63,866 bases of DNA, filler included, from Licmophora abbreviata (GCA_900291995.1; 12 parts of 12 records of this genome joined end to end with filler, not necessarily neighbours in it); one strand, 5' to 3'. Positions 19,588 through 31,915 are shown, numbered from the whole stretch's first letter. Notes: a model not told the origin generated them from the letters alone. Translations and numbers: made by a program.

Positions 19588-22500
19588 ATGAAATTGCGAC
19601 TCTGCGGTGCCGTAATCTTGCTCTCCGCTACGAGCGGCGCGTCCTTTTCTTTCCAACAACAACTCCCACAAAGCTCTACAGCATCGCCAGCCCCATTAGC
19701 CACCAAATTCATATTTCCTGAAGATGTTCTGCCTCCTGATCGGGCTGAGAGTACTCTACTTATCGGAAAGAGGGAAGATTTGCAATTCTTCGACATTGAA
19801 AATGAACTTGAATTAGACGTTGGACGGGAGACGAGGGATGCGCTGCTGGACAGCATGGGACGCACCGGCACAGGATCGACATCGACCCTGGTAGGGGCTC
19901 ACAGTCTCATGATCTGCGCTGTGCCCGATGAAGTGTCTCGAAATAATCACCCTCTTTCGGTCCACTCAATCACGGAAGCGATCGCCAAATTACCCGAAGG
20001 ATCCTGCCGACTTGTCTTTTGCGGACGTGACATGGAAGAGCATTGTCGTTCTCTGACATCGGCTGCTGCCAAGGCATTTCCCGTTTACTCACAAAAAACC
20101 ACAAATGACGCGTTTAAGGAGCGCTACGTTCATGTCTCCTTCTTGAATGAAATGGGCAGGCCTGTTGAAGCCGACTTTGAGTACTTGCAGGCGGTCGTAG
20201 AAGGCGTGCAGCTCGCAACCCGACTCGTCGACATGCCATCTGAAGAGCTCACCACTACAGACTATGCCGAGGAATGTAAGAATATCGCCTCAGAGCTCGG
20301 TGTCCCTTATATGGAGATCGTAGGGGAAGACGTGAATGTTCAGGGCTATGGCGGACTGTATGGTGTGGGCAAAGGCGGCTTGAGCCCTCCGCGCCTCGTC
20401 GTTCTCGACTACACTCCGCAATCGGGAGTCTACAAAGAAAGCATTGCCTTGGTTGGAAACCGCATCGTCTACGACACGCCTGAGGCGGGTGATCAATTCA
20501 TGGATCGATCCAAAACTGGCGTACCAGTGATGAAACACGGCATGGGCGGGTCTGCCGATCTACTCATGGCCTTCTATAGTGCCGTCAGACTCGGTGCGAC
20601 CAAGAGGATCGTTCTAGTTCTTGGCCTGGCAGAAAATGCCGTTGTTGGACCTAACGCCCTAAAAAAGGACGACATTCTTAAGATGTATTCCGGAAAGAGC
20701 GTTGAGGTGAGCAATCTGGAAGCCGACGGAGGACTTGTCTTGGCAGACGCCGTTGCATATGCGACGAAACACATCGAAGGTCTCGATCTCGTCATCGACA
20801 TGGCTACGCTGACCGATTCTCAGCTCATGACAACTGGCAAAAAGCACGCGGGAATTCTTGCTAGCTCAAAACAAGTGGAAGTGAGAGCAACGGACGCAGG
20901 CATGCGCTCTGGGGACTTGGTCTTTCCCATGCTGTACGCACCGGAGATGCTCAAGAAAGAATTCGACAGCAGAGTTGCGGATATGAAGAATTCCCCGAGT
21001 GATCGGTACAACGCGCAGTGCTCCTGCGCAGGCCATTTTATTGAGTCTCATTTGGACGAGCGATACAGAGGAGAATGGCTTCATATTGATATGGCTGGGC
21101 CAGCTTGGAAAGAGGAGAGAGGGACTGGATTCGGCGTCAGCTTGATCCTCTCCTTGCTCGACGTGGAATCAAATAGGATCCCAGGAAATCTGCCAGCGCG
21201 CTCGGTACCAGGAGGATTCGGTGCACAGCCAATGCCAGGACCATTCGGGGCACCATCAGGTGCCAGAGACCGACCTCCCATCGCCGGCGATGTCTCTGCG
21301 CCGTTCTTCCGTCGCCCCTTGGGAAACGAGCCAATTCCTCCGCCGCCGGCATTCTTCGAACGCCCTGTGGGCAATGATCCCGGTCCACCGCCATTTTACG
21401 ACCGTCCCATTGACGTACCTTCCAAAGTAATTGAAGGTCAAGAGAGAGAATTCGCGCCGAGGCTTGCCGATACACTCGCGGAGGTTTTCATCCTTGTTGA
21501 CGACGGTGAGCCCCAATATACCGGAATGTCGGGCTCCGAATTTGATAGTAGGATGAATAAGTTTCGAGCGTTCGGTGGCCCTGGAGCGCCCGGAGGCAGA
21601 GACTTCCGATCCGGCATATCGCGTTCCGACTTCACTGATCGAGTGGCTAGGGAAGGCGCCCGATGGGGAGCGGACGACTACCGGTTCGGTGGTCCTCCTC
21701 CGCGCGATTTCGACAATCGTATGGGCAGAGATAATCGTATGGGTAGGGAAGGGGACAGGTTTGGGCCCGGCGACTTTCAGTTCGATAGCCCACCACGCAC
21801 CGACCTCGATGATCGCATGTCAAAGTTTCTAGGAAATCAAGCACGAAGGAACGCTGGCGAAATCACTGACACGGGAGGACTCAACGCGGGAGCAAGAGAA
21901 CGACCGCCTTCCCCCGACTTCAATGATCGCTCGGGTGATTGGGAAGGAAATATGGCTGGATTCGCGCGTGACAGGAGTGGCTTGGGTGGTTCTCGCGACG
22001 GTGATGGCATGGGCGAGGTTGGTCGCTCTCCGCTGAATGCTGATCTCATGGCTGGAGGCAATGCCGCTGATCGGCGTATGGGGGACCCTGGTGGCTCTCC
22101 ACCGAACGCTGNNNNNNNNNNNNNNNNNNNNNNNNNNNNNNNNNNNNNNNNNNNNTTAATTAATTAANNNNNNNNNNNNNNNNNNNNNNNNNNNNNNNNN
22201 NNNNNNNNNNNCGTGATGATCGGAGCATGAGAGACCCTGGTGGCTTTCCGCCGAACGATGGCCGTATGGGCGGGCCTCGTGACGATCGGGGCATGAGGGA
22301 TCCCGGTGGCCGTATGGGCGGGCCTCGTGACGATCGGGGCATGAGGGATCCCGGTGGCTTTCCGCCAAACGATGGCCGTATGGGTGGACCTCGTGACGAT
22401 CGGGGCATGAGGGACCCCGGGGGCTTTCCGCCAAACGGCGGCCGTATGGGTGGGCCTCGTGACGATCGGGGCATGAGGGATCCCGGGGGCTTTCCTCAGA

Positions 22501-22856
22501 ACGGTGGTCGCATGGGTGGGCCTCGCGACGATCGAGGCATGGGGAATCAGGGACCAAGGCTGAGAGACAATAGGTTCGAGCTTCCGCCGCCTGACTTTGA
22601 CGAGCGACCTCCTGTACTGCCGACTGTACAGGACACTAAAATTGTGGGGGTGTTCACAAGCTACGAAGCAGCCAAGCTGGGAGCAGAGGAGTATGTCTCC
22701 AATATGTTCCGAATGCGTGACATGAGAATGCTGGAGCGTGTCAACTGGTTCGGCGATGGTTGGTTCCATCAGGAGCCGGACCGCAGTCGCCCAAATCAGC
22801 GAGTGCGCATGAGGAAGATGGAGCTGGATCGGGTCAGCCTCGACGGGCGGTTGTGA
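19588..22856 (+). CDS. M17 leucyl-aminopeptidase (NPEPL1-like) pseudoenzyme with signal peptide and long repetitive low-complexity tail; spans the gap at 22112-22211
   Basis: NPEPL1-like motifs 'VSRNNHP', 'GYGGLYGVGK', 'LAENA', 'DMATLT', 'VADMKNS..DR.NAQCSCAG', 'WLHIDMA', 'GTGFGV'. Metal ligands are substituted. The same repeat type lies on both sides of the gap. Confidence 0.8.
22213..22541 (+). repeat. Coding tandem repeat, 66-bp unit (MRDPGGFPPNDGRMGGPRDDRG), about 5 copies with one truncated; more copies probably collapsed in the gap
   Basis: Visible directly in both DNA and translation. Confidence 0.9.
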
Positions 22857-23327
22857 AGAACCGGCTAGCGTATGGTGGCGTTCTTGTCTAGATGCAGTAC
22901 CTTTTTTAACAATCTTGACAGTTGCATGTTATTATCGTGGTCTTCGTCGCTCGAGCGATTTTTCGATGCCCATTTCGCCGATCCGATAGACACTAGTAAG
23001 GAGCTCGTATCATAGCCTCCCAAGTGCAAACTCACGACTATTGACATGCCCATACTGGTTTCTTGTATGATACGAAGTACGCAACGTGAAAGAATCGTTC
23101 TATACAAAGTTTCATGGACCGGTCAAAACTACTGTAGTCGCCACCACAAAATTGACCTGGATGTTCCAAAACGCAAGAGCAAGTAGTCGTCGCGTATCCT
23201 ACTGCGTTGCTAGAACAGAAATGAGTCGATACAATTGTCCGAAAGAAGTACACGCCCATGTACCCTACGGTTCTACCAAGAAATGAAGAGGTCGTCGCCC
23301 TTCCCCGAGCAACAGCCAGCGCAATAC

Positions 23328-23934
23328 TTATTTGGGGATCTTGTCCTCCGGGTCTATACACCGTACGTGAGCAACGAGTGAGAGACGGCTTCAGTCGAGC
23401 TTAATTCTTGCACACGTGAAGATGCAAGTCTTGATTCATTGTTGTGTATCGTACTTACAGTCAAACGCCGACGTGATACCTAGAATGCGGTAGGCTTCCT
23501 TGTTGTCCATCCCACGCTTCTTGGTGAGATAGGACTTGCAGGTGAATACGTTGTCGGTCCATCGATTCGCCGCTTCCTTGACAAGCTTGAGTTCTTTCTC
23601 CAGGTCCGCCAAGGCCTGCGGATCATTCTCCTTGAGCGTTTCGAGTTCTTCTTCCAATGCACGACGGTCCTTGGAAAGTTCCGCGAGCCGCGCGAGCTTG
23701 GCGACGCGGTCGTCGCCTTCGTCATCTTCACGGCCCCTCTTGGCGTCGGCGAGCTTGGACTCGGCGTCGGAGACTCGCGTCTTGAGAGCTTCAATGGAAG
23801 CGAGGGTGTGCTCGTGTTGAATCTGCAGGAGGCGATCCTTCTTGGCAGGGAAGGACCAGAAGTAGTTGGATCCGCCAATCTTTTCCTTGTCGACGAGTCC
23901 GTCGTCCACGAGAGAGCTGTTGACGTCGATGATG
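23328..23934 (-). CDS. MND1: Meiotic nuclear division protein 1, 5'-partial (exons 23934-23459, 23353-23328)
   Basis: 'LVDDGLVDKEKIGGSNYFWSFP', coiled coil, 'NDP', 'AANRWTDNVF'. Splicing gives the C-terminus 'AFDYPEDKIPK*'. Confidence 0.9.
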
Positions 23935-25204
23935 CTGAATGTGAAGGTAGGTGAGAGCAGAGGAAGAGGCGTGGTGTTAGAAACCCCGTATCGTGAATGG
24001 TGAAAGAAGTGCCAAGCGAGTGGATGACATAGTGAACATCATCGATCCGTATCATGTGTCATTGGTGACCTGTCGTGCACGACTAGAGACGCAGAGAGAA
24101 TATCTTGCATGGATTCTGACGACTGCACTCACGNNNNNNNNNNNNNNNNNNNNNNNNNNNNNNNNNNNNNNNNNNNNTTAATTAATTAANNNNNNNNNNN
24201 NNNNNNNNNNNNNNNNNNNNNNNNNNNNNNNNNTACTACGTATACTTGATAACTGCACGAGCAACAGTATCGTACTCGTACAGCTGTAGCCTGCCCTCCA
24301 CCAAATCTGCACCATGTGATAGACCTGGAGTACTCTACTACCTGAAATGCATACGGCCGTTTCATGCTTGCACATCTGCAATAAAGTGTACTGATGTCAA
24401 CACTACCTATCAGCCGGCTCATCATGGGATTGTAGACTTGACTCTCTAGTAGAGACGAGCCAGGTCGTGTGCTACCTCGCTCCTTGTAGCTAGTAGCTAC
24501 CACATACCTCGATAGGCGACGCAATGTTCGTGTTGTCAGAGTGCAGCCGATACAGAACACACTACAACTGTCGATCGCAGTGCTCATGGTGCCGAAAGAT
24601 GTCACACCTTCCTCTGCCTCTGCCTGAGACTCCGAAGGCCGACCACGACCACACTGTTCCGCACCCAGCTCCATCATAGCTTCTTGTACGCATGACATCG
24701 CATGGTCGGTCGTCTGATGTCATCGTAGCCTTTCTCTCTCTCTAATCACCAGCTATAAAGATGCTTCTAGTAGACGGTTTAGGTAAAACTATCAGTACCG
24801 GTACCATGGTTGGCGTTGAGGTTTTTAAAAAAGGAAACTCAATATCGGTACTTCACCAAGAGCGAAACTGGAAAATTCACCTCTAGTCTACCTGGTATGG
24901 TTCTCTATGAGGTACCGATACCGGTACCGGTATGGTTATGAATTCGTACGGAGCGTAGGATGGTATTTAGCTCTGTGATAAGACCCAGGTTCAGGTACCG
25001 GACTAACGACAATCCCGGTACCAGGTATAATGTCGTACCTTGTACCTGGTAAAAGGTACAGAGAAGCTACCAGGTAGGGTAAACTCCTCAGTGAATGAAG
25101 CAATGCACATTCCACCATTGTTACAGCATACCTACACAGAAACAAAAACCAGAAAACTAATTTAGGCAGCTACCGTGCAAGCATAGTCTACTCCCGTACA
25201 CATG

Positions 25205-26059
25205 CTACTCGTCGTACGGTTCTGTGGGCATGTTCGATAGCTTGTGAATCAATCGAATGGCGGGACTGTCACGTTGCATACTCGCAACCTCGAACACGTC
25301 ATCCATTCCGAGCCACTGAAGTGGGCGTATTAGGTTCATGTCTGTGAATCGACGTAAATCATCAATATCATAGTCCGGCACTAGGATGAGCGACCCCGTG
25401 TCAGCCTCGTCCGTTCGACTGAGTTCTGCAAGTTCATTCCAACAAATGGAGAAAAGCGAGTCAAAATTCTCAATAGATCCCCCCGAATTGTTCTTTACCA
25501 CATGAAACCTCGAAACAACGAGCATCCTTCTACCTTCCTCTAGGAAGTGCAGGTCGAGTTCGTCTTCCTGTGTTTCTTCGTTTACAGGAATATCAATCAA
25601 CGATTGCTGCACGGAGTCCAGGAAAGCCGCAAGAACCGACCGGTCGCAATCGTCAGTTGGAATGCCTTGCAGTCGTTTCCACGGCGCGGTTGATTCCGTA
25701 AATTCAATCTCATCTCCATGCGACCCGCCTAGAAAACTCATAGCCGGTGCGTTCGAACTCGTGGCCATTGATCGAAACAGAGGCGACCATTCGTCGTTGG
25801 CGGTAAAGAATTCTTGCATGGCACCCTCAGAGTCAATTAAATCCCGAATAATGTTAGTCTCATACGTCTTGTCGGTAATGCTTCCAGCACCGAATCCCTT
25901 GCCTCCATCCCGATCGCTGCCTCTGCTAGCGGACGACTTCTTCGCAGTCAAGCGAGTGGTCGACGTGCCAGCGATGAGCGACCAACCATCGGGCGAAACG
26001 ACAAAGCCCAGCGTTCCTGTTGCTAGACAGAACGATGCAAGAACAAAAAATTTAGTCAT
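25205..26059 (-). CDS. Hypothetical protein, predicted plastid-targeted
   Basis: 284-aa ORF with signal peptide followed by 'G-FVVSP', an S/T/R-rich transit peptide and a 'GKGFG' motif typical of algal plastid proteins. Confidence 0.6.
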   Translation of the reverse strand: MTKFFVLASFCLATGTLGFVVSPDGWSLIAGTSTTRLTAKKSSASRGSDRDGGKGFGAGSITDKTYETNIIRDLIDSEGAMQEFFTANDEWSPLFRSMATSSNAPAMSFLGGSHGDEIEFTESTAPWKRLQGIPTDDCDRSVLAAFLDSVQQSLIDIPVNEETQEDELDLHFLEEGRRMLVVSRFHVVKNNSGGSIENFDSLFSICWNELAELSRTDEADTGSLILVPDYDIDDLRRFTDMNLIRPLQWLGMDDVFEVASMQRDSPAIRLIHKLSNMPTEPYDE

Positions 26060-26414
26060 TTTACTTCTTCTGGCGATCGCAAGCTACTGGAATGACACGG
26101 TGGGTGCATCAATGGCAGCACAAAGAGGGTGGGGTGAGAGCGTCTCTTTGGAGTCTCAGAGGCACACGCATCACAGCCACGCGTCACGCAGATTACAGAT
26201 TAGCACACCTGGATTAGCATCACAGAGGACGATGAGTCGTGCGTGTGAGGTGGCATTGAGTCACGATCCGTTGCTAGTCCTGCTCATACGAGTGGCTAAT
26301 AGAGTATCGTGTCGTGTCTGTCTTCTACCAATGGAGCTTTCAACCTGCTGACGAAGTAAGCTCTAACTTGCTACTCTACTAGGTGGCTATGTTGTCGTGG
26401 CTTTGTTTCACAGC

Positions 26415-27341
26415 CTATTGCAAATTTGCATCGTCACCATTGACAAATAGAAGAATACCGTGTTCTTTCAGGTCAAACTGGCCCCTATCGAACGACCCGT
26501 CTTCGATTGCCTTGACAAAGTTCCCGAAGCTCTTTCCGATAGACGAGCGTATCCACGCCTGCTCGTCGTCGACGGGACAAATACCGTGAGCGCAGCCTTC
26601 GTCGGTAAAGACGCAATGCGACGGAGGGTTGTGAAAGAAGCGAGCATCATTCCGAATGGCGTATAGTACACGCTTGTCCTTTTCGCTGGCTTCATATGCA
26701 GCCTTGGCAGCCTTGTCTACCGAAACCAAGCAGGTTGTCTTAACGAAGCCCCAGTACATGCCTGGTATTGATACCTGACAGTAGGAATCCACTCGGTACG
26801 GATCCAAGCCGAAGAGCCCAGACGGCTCAAAGTCATAGAGAGTAGAGCCTTTTTTCGTCTTTAGAGCCCCCATGGCAGCGCATCCCCCGGACGAGTGTCC
26901 TCCGACAATGAATCCGTGCGTTGGCATTGTGTCACACACAGGAACAATATCCGTGAATCGATTTACAATCTCATTGGCAAGCCGGGCAAACCTGATGCTA
27001 TTTTGCTTGGTGAACCACCTTCCTGGAGAAGCATCTACTATCACCACAACGATCGAAGAATCCGCCTCGAGAATGGCACCCGAGACTTTGTCGTAGTCAC
27101 CAACCGTCATGCAGGTCCCGACGCCCAAAATCAAGACGGCGCGACAGCACTCTCCGTTGTGACGATCGTCGCCGTCGTCATAGTGGTAGCGAATCCTTCC
27201 AGCCGGAATCGTCACTGTCTCGCTTTGCACCACCATTGAGACAGCATCCGTACCTGTATCGGATTGTTCAGGAATTGAAGTGGTGCGTCTTATACCGGTG
27301 ATATTGCATCGCCTCCCCGCCATCAACCCATCATCCATCAT
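26415..27341 (-). CDS. Alpha/beta hydrolase, chlorophyllase-like
   Basis: Nucleophile elbow 'VGGHSSGG', acid motif 'LFGLDP' and His motif 'SHCVFTD', in the order seen in chlorophyllases (GHSxGG / LDP / H). Confidence 0.55.
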   Translation of the reverse strand: MMDDGLMAGRRCNITGIRRTTSIPEQSDTGTDAVSMVVQSETVTIPAGRIRYHYDDGDDRHNGECCRAVLILGVGTCMTVGDYDKVSGAILEADSSIVVVIVDASPGRWFTKQNSIRFARLANEIVNRFTDIVPVCDTMPTHGFIVGGHSSGGCAAMGALKTKKGSTLYDFEPSGLFGLDPYRVDSYCQVSIPGMYWGFVKTTCLVSVDKAAKAAYEASEKDKRVLYAIRNDARFFHNPPSHCVFTDEGCAHGICPVDDEQAWIRSSIGKSFGNFVKAIEDGSFDRGQFDLKEHGILLFVNGDDANLQ

Positions 27342-27644
27342 CAGTGTTCAAACTCTCGTCCTCGCACGCGCGACGACGAGGCATCAAAATATCTCCAGTC
27401 CGTGCGTCACACCTATAGTCCTGCCGTGAAACTTTCAGAACGAGCTCTTCATCATGAAACACTTCTTCACAGACTTCGTACCAAGTCGTGGATTTTGTTC
27501 GCGGAGCTCATCGCGCGTCGCCAAAATGCCGCTCACACGAATTGTGTTTGATATCCACGACGGCGGTAAAACAAGACTTTGTCCCATTGCGCCGATTGAA
27601 GGCTCCAGGGCAAACTACATACCTTAACGAAACGCATTCCGATC

Positions 27645-28606
27645 ATGTTNNNNNNNNNNNNNNNNNNNNNNNNNNNNNNNNNNNNNNNNNNNNTTAATTA
27701 ATTAANNNNNNNNNNNNNNNNNNNNNNNNNNNNNNNNNNNNNNNNNNNNTGCGAGACATTGCCTGTATGCTCAACGAGGACCCGCCCCGGGAGGAAAAGG
27801 CCAAGATTCGCGCCGAGGCTTTGATTCGTGAGGACAATGCCGTCGAAGCATATGAAATTTTGCAGCTCGAGTGTGAATTGCTCTCGGAACGAATCAAGTT
27901 GCTGGAAGTCAGTCGCGAATGTCCTCCTGATCTAGTCTCGTGTGTTGCGACCATCATGTGGGCCAGCGATCGAGTCGACATTAAGGAACTTGGAATGATT
28001 CGCAAGCAGTTTCGTGCCAAATATGGCAAGGACTTTGAGGCAAACGCCATCAACAATGTTGGTGGAGTGTTGAATGAGCGAGTGGTATCGAAGCTGTCGG
28101 TGCAGCCTCCTGCGGCGTACCTGGTGCAGACGTATCTGGAACGAATTTGTGAGCAGTACGAGGTTAGCTGGTCACCCAAGGTTGCTGTCACAGCCTCGGG
28201 CATGGCGGAGCCCATGGCTGCTCCTGTTGGCTACAGCGTACAAGTCGCTGGAGGAACTGGACTGGGAGAAGTTCAAGCCGAACAGATGCAGATTCAGACG
28301 GGCGAGGCATCATCTCCGTCCGCAGAGGACAAGTCTCAACCTCCGACTCCTGTCGTCAACGCGACGCCCTACGTACCATCTGCGGACGACAACCATGACT
28401 TTGCGGAGGTAGATATCTTTGTTCCGCCACCTCCGTCTGTTCCTCCGATGGCACCATCAGCACAAGTCAAGCGCGACGACGATGATCATGGCGACGAAGG
28501 CGGAGACGATACCGCAGCGACAAACGGTAGTAGTGGCGGCGACAGCAGTGCCATGGGTTCGTCGTACGCTGATCTGGCGGCACGCTTTGACAAACTAAAA
28601 AAGTAG
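27645..28606 (+). CDS. IST1: IST1 (ESCRT-III-associated, regulator of Vps4), N-terminal part hidden in the gap
   Basis: 'EKAKIRAEALIRED..EAYEIL.L.CELL..R', 'KELGMIRKQFRAKYGK.F', 'VN.RVV.KLS..PP' and a C-terminal MIM1-like 'DLAARFDKLKK'. An ATG sits just before the gap at 27645. Confidence 0.88.
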
Positions 28607-28681
28607 GGTACACATGGTGACTTTATAGCCGTGTCGAATATAGCGACTCTACTCGTACATCGTACACGCCGTGCCAATGTA

Positions 28682-30938
28682 CTACCGAGGGGGGCGAGAG
28701 GCCGGAATCTTGGAGCGCTGCCTCTGCTGTGCCTCCTTTTGTCGCTGAGCTGCTTTCTGGGCGCTCCTTGCCTTGACTTCTCGATAGAAGCTTTCGTACT
28801 TACGAAGCGCAGCGTCCTTCTTCCTGCTTTCCTCTTTTTCCTTCTTGAGGTCCGCAGTCAACTTGCGAATCAGCTGCTCTTGGCGTTGAATCTGATCCGC
28901 CACTGATGCAGTTTGCACAAAGTTGCTGCAGAGAGTCGAGAGGTCAGCGGGGTGTCAGCGAGCTAAATGGCAGAACGTCACCATACGTGAACCAGCCACG
29001 GCACTTACCTCGTCGCTACAGGATTGGATTGGCCTTCTTCACGTTGCGGGTAGTCCTTGCGGAACTGCTCCAACGCCGACTTCAAGGCCTCGAACCGCTT
29101 TCCATACGACTTTTGGAAGCGTCGCATTTCTTCCCTCGCTGTCTTTGCTTCGTTCCGTGCTGCCTCAGCGCTTTCCACTTCTCGAAGCAGAGTTGCATTC
29201 TCCTCGCTTACAAGGCGAAGAGAATCCAACAGGCGCATTAACTGTTTCGTATCTGCGGGCTGGCTGTCTGCGGCAGGGAGAACAATCCTGCTTGAACCCA
29301 TGTTGACAAACGACGAAGCCAGCATCTGAGATGCAGATGCTGCACTCTGATTGCCCCACCAGCTAGATTCAAGGCCAGAAGGTGCTGCTGCATTTCGTTG
29401 TTGTGCAGTGGGCGATACGTGAGATGTTGGAGGGGAAACGTTTGCTCGTCCGACGGGAGCAACAGAGGAAGCATCCAATATATTTTGTACTCGGTTGGCT
29501 CTGGCGCGCTGACCGGACGTTCCGGATCCAGAAGTGGGGCGGGGGTTACTGCCGATTCCCGATGCCCACAGCGACGATGATGCTGCGCTGGGCGATTGAC
29601 CAGGAGGGACGACGCAGAAGCTCCCATCTTCCATTGTCGATTGCTTCATTCGACTCTGGGTTCGAGCACCCAGGGACATAATGGAATTGCCCATCTCGAG
29701 AGCCATATCCATATCGCGGAGCTCGCGTTCCAACGCCATCCTATGTACAGAGCAATCGCAAATTAGCGAATTTCAGTCACAATGGCACAGCGGAGAACAT
29801 GAACGCTTGCAAGCGTATTCACGTACATTTCATCTACTGGATTCTGAGATAAAACGCCCGAATCGCTGTGATCCGAAATAGGCGCCGATGTGTTGTCCTC
29901 TGGCTTAGACTTCTGAGGTACACCCGACGATGACGATGATGCTGATGCTCTCCCAAGAAACATGGAGTCGGAAATATCTGCCTCGTTCTGGGAGGAAAGC
30001 GCCCCGCGGACTGTAGCACGCAAACGTTCCTTGTGGGATAGTGCCGATGCAGTTGCATCACCCCCCGAGTTTTCATTCTTTTGAGGAATCCCCTCTGGAT
30101 ATTGCTTCAGGAAACGTTTCAGTGCCAGCGCCGACCTTGCCTGTGTCTGACTTAGCAGTAGCAATGATTCAAACAAAGATCCTAGTGCACGGGTAAAATC
30201 ATCAGTTAGTGTGCGATTCTCAGAGCTGCATACACGATGTCTATATGCGCACACGAATACACACCGCTCTCCAGTCACCAGAACGTACCATCCTTCTCTC
30301 GAACCGTAATGGCTGCTTCACGAAAGGTCTTGGCGGCTTTCGTATGCGCAGTCAGAGCTGTTCTTAGGTCTCCCTTTCGTTTGGCCTCAAAAGCACGATG
30401 GGCTGCCCCATTTGCTTCCTCGCACTGTGACTGTTTGGAATATGTGAGTACGATCCATCCATGTTACGAGAAAATCCAAGAGTTCTCACTTTCTACTTAC
30501 CACAATCGCCTCACCGTTGTTGGATTGCGTGTCTCCGCTCAGCAAGATAGCGAGAACATCTCCACGAGGGACATCTTGATCGGGGGCTGGATCCCGTCCA
30601 TCCAAGAGCACATCAACTTCATCGGCGTCGGCGGCTGTGACGTACGTGAAATCCACCATATCCTCATCATCGGCATCCAATCGAGAAGTGTGCTGGTTCT
30701 TACCACCAGAGGATGTGACGACAGAAGCAGGGATGCGCGATTGGCCTTGATGCGACGCTGGAAACGCCGTGAGTGCGTCGTAGCGTGGATCTGGATAGAT
30801 ACCGCTGCTGTACTCGGAACCGTCGACGGGCAGCAAACTTCCTTCAGAGGACGCTGTTATTAAGGATGACGTATGTGACTGGTGTAGCGAGTTCGAAGTA
30901 TCCCGATCTGGCGAGTCTACCGCAAAGGGAAGATCCAT
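28682..30938 (-). CDS. Multi-exon protein with MIT-like helical bundle and C-terminal coiled coils (possibly NRBF2/Atg38-like)
   Basis: About 5 exons linked by GT-AG introns. 'AHRAFEAKRKGDLRTALTAHTKAAKTFREAA...ESLLLL' resembles an MIT domain. Coiled coil 'LLDSLRLVSEENATLLREVE'. Confidence 0.5.
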
Positions 30939-31915
30939 GTTTGGTCGTATTCCGAAGCGAACTGTAGGAAATGGCGGATCTGAGTCGGGCGATCGAAATT
31001 GGTTCTTTTTCCCCGGACGACTGGTTCTCACCGGATCATGTGCACCGTGAAACTTCTATTGTCCATTCAGAACGTGCTACGATTGCTAATGTCCTCTAGG
31101 CTCTTCCTTTCGCGACGTAGATGGGTTAGCTATGGCGGCGCGACATGATGGTCACAGTGGCGAAAGCATGTCGTGTGTCGTCCGCTCCCTCGCGGTGTCC
31201 AGTTCGCCGACGAGTTTGATGTCGAAGCACGGATGACGGACTGACTGGTCTTCTCCTGAAAAAAGTTGATGGGACAGGAAAAAGTTGCGCCCGTTCTCCA
31301 AGCCAGGGGTCGTGTTTGTTTTTTTTCCGTTGGAGGGCTGGCAGGAATACATCCCCTTCTTTGGGTGATACTGAAATCGGAGTATCCCAAGCAACAGTGA
31401 CTTTACTTAAGACGTGTCTGGATTGACTACTATATGTACCAAACTCATCGTTTTAATTGCGGAGATACATAAATATGTATTTGTGCCTGTGGTACTCTCA
31501 AGAAGACGAGCGATAGGAATTGGGGGACGCAAACATTTGAATCAGACCTGGCAACGAGCCAGGAGCGCCAGAAGCGCTCATCTGTGAACATGAGGATAAC
31601 GGTACATACGAAAAAAGTCGTGAGGTGTTGAGAGGATTTCAGATTGGACACATGTCACATTTAAACTTGTTTGTACGATAGAAGGTGCGTATCCTTGTTC
31701 ATGAAACGTTGTCTGCAGTGAGCGGAGCTGCGAACCATGACTGTGATGTGGCCCTGGGGTGCTGTGTGACGTGTTTGGCGGTTGGCTTGTACAGAAACGC
31801 TGGTCTTCGTCGTCACTCACGCACTGATTCTGTGAATGTATGTGTCATCACGCCAATGTACTTCTACCCCACAGTCGAGTTCAAGTCACCGTTTGACAGT
31901 AGAAGCCACACAAAA

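Noticed and set aside
22213..22541. 66-bp repeats as a possible CRISPR array
   Set aside because: No unique spacers, the unit is a multiple of 3 with mostly synonymous variation, and it lies in an open frame.
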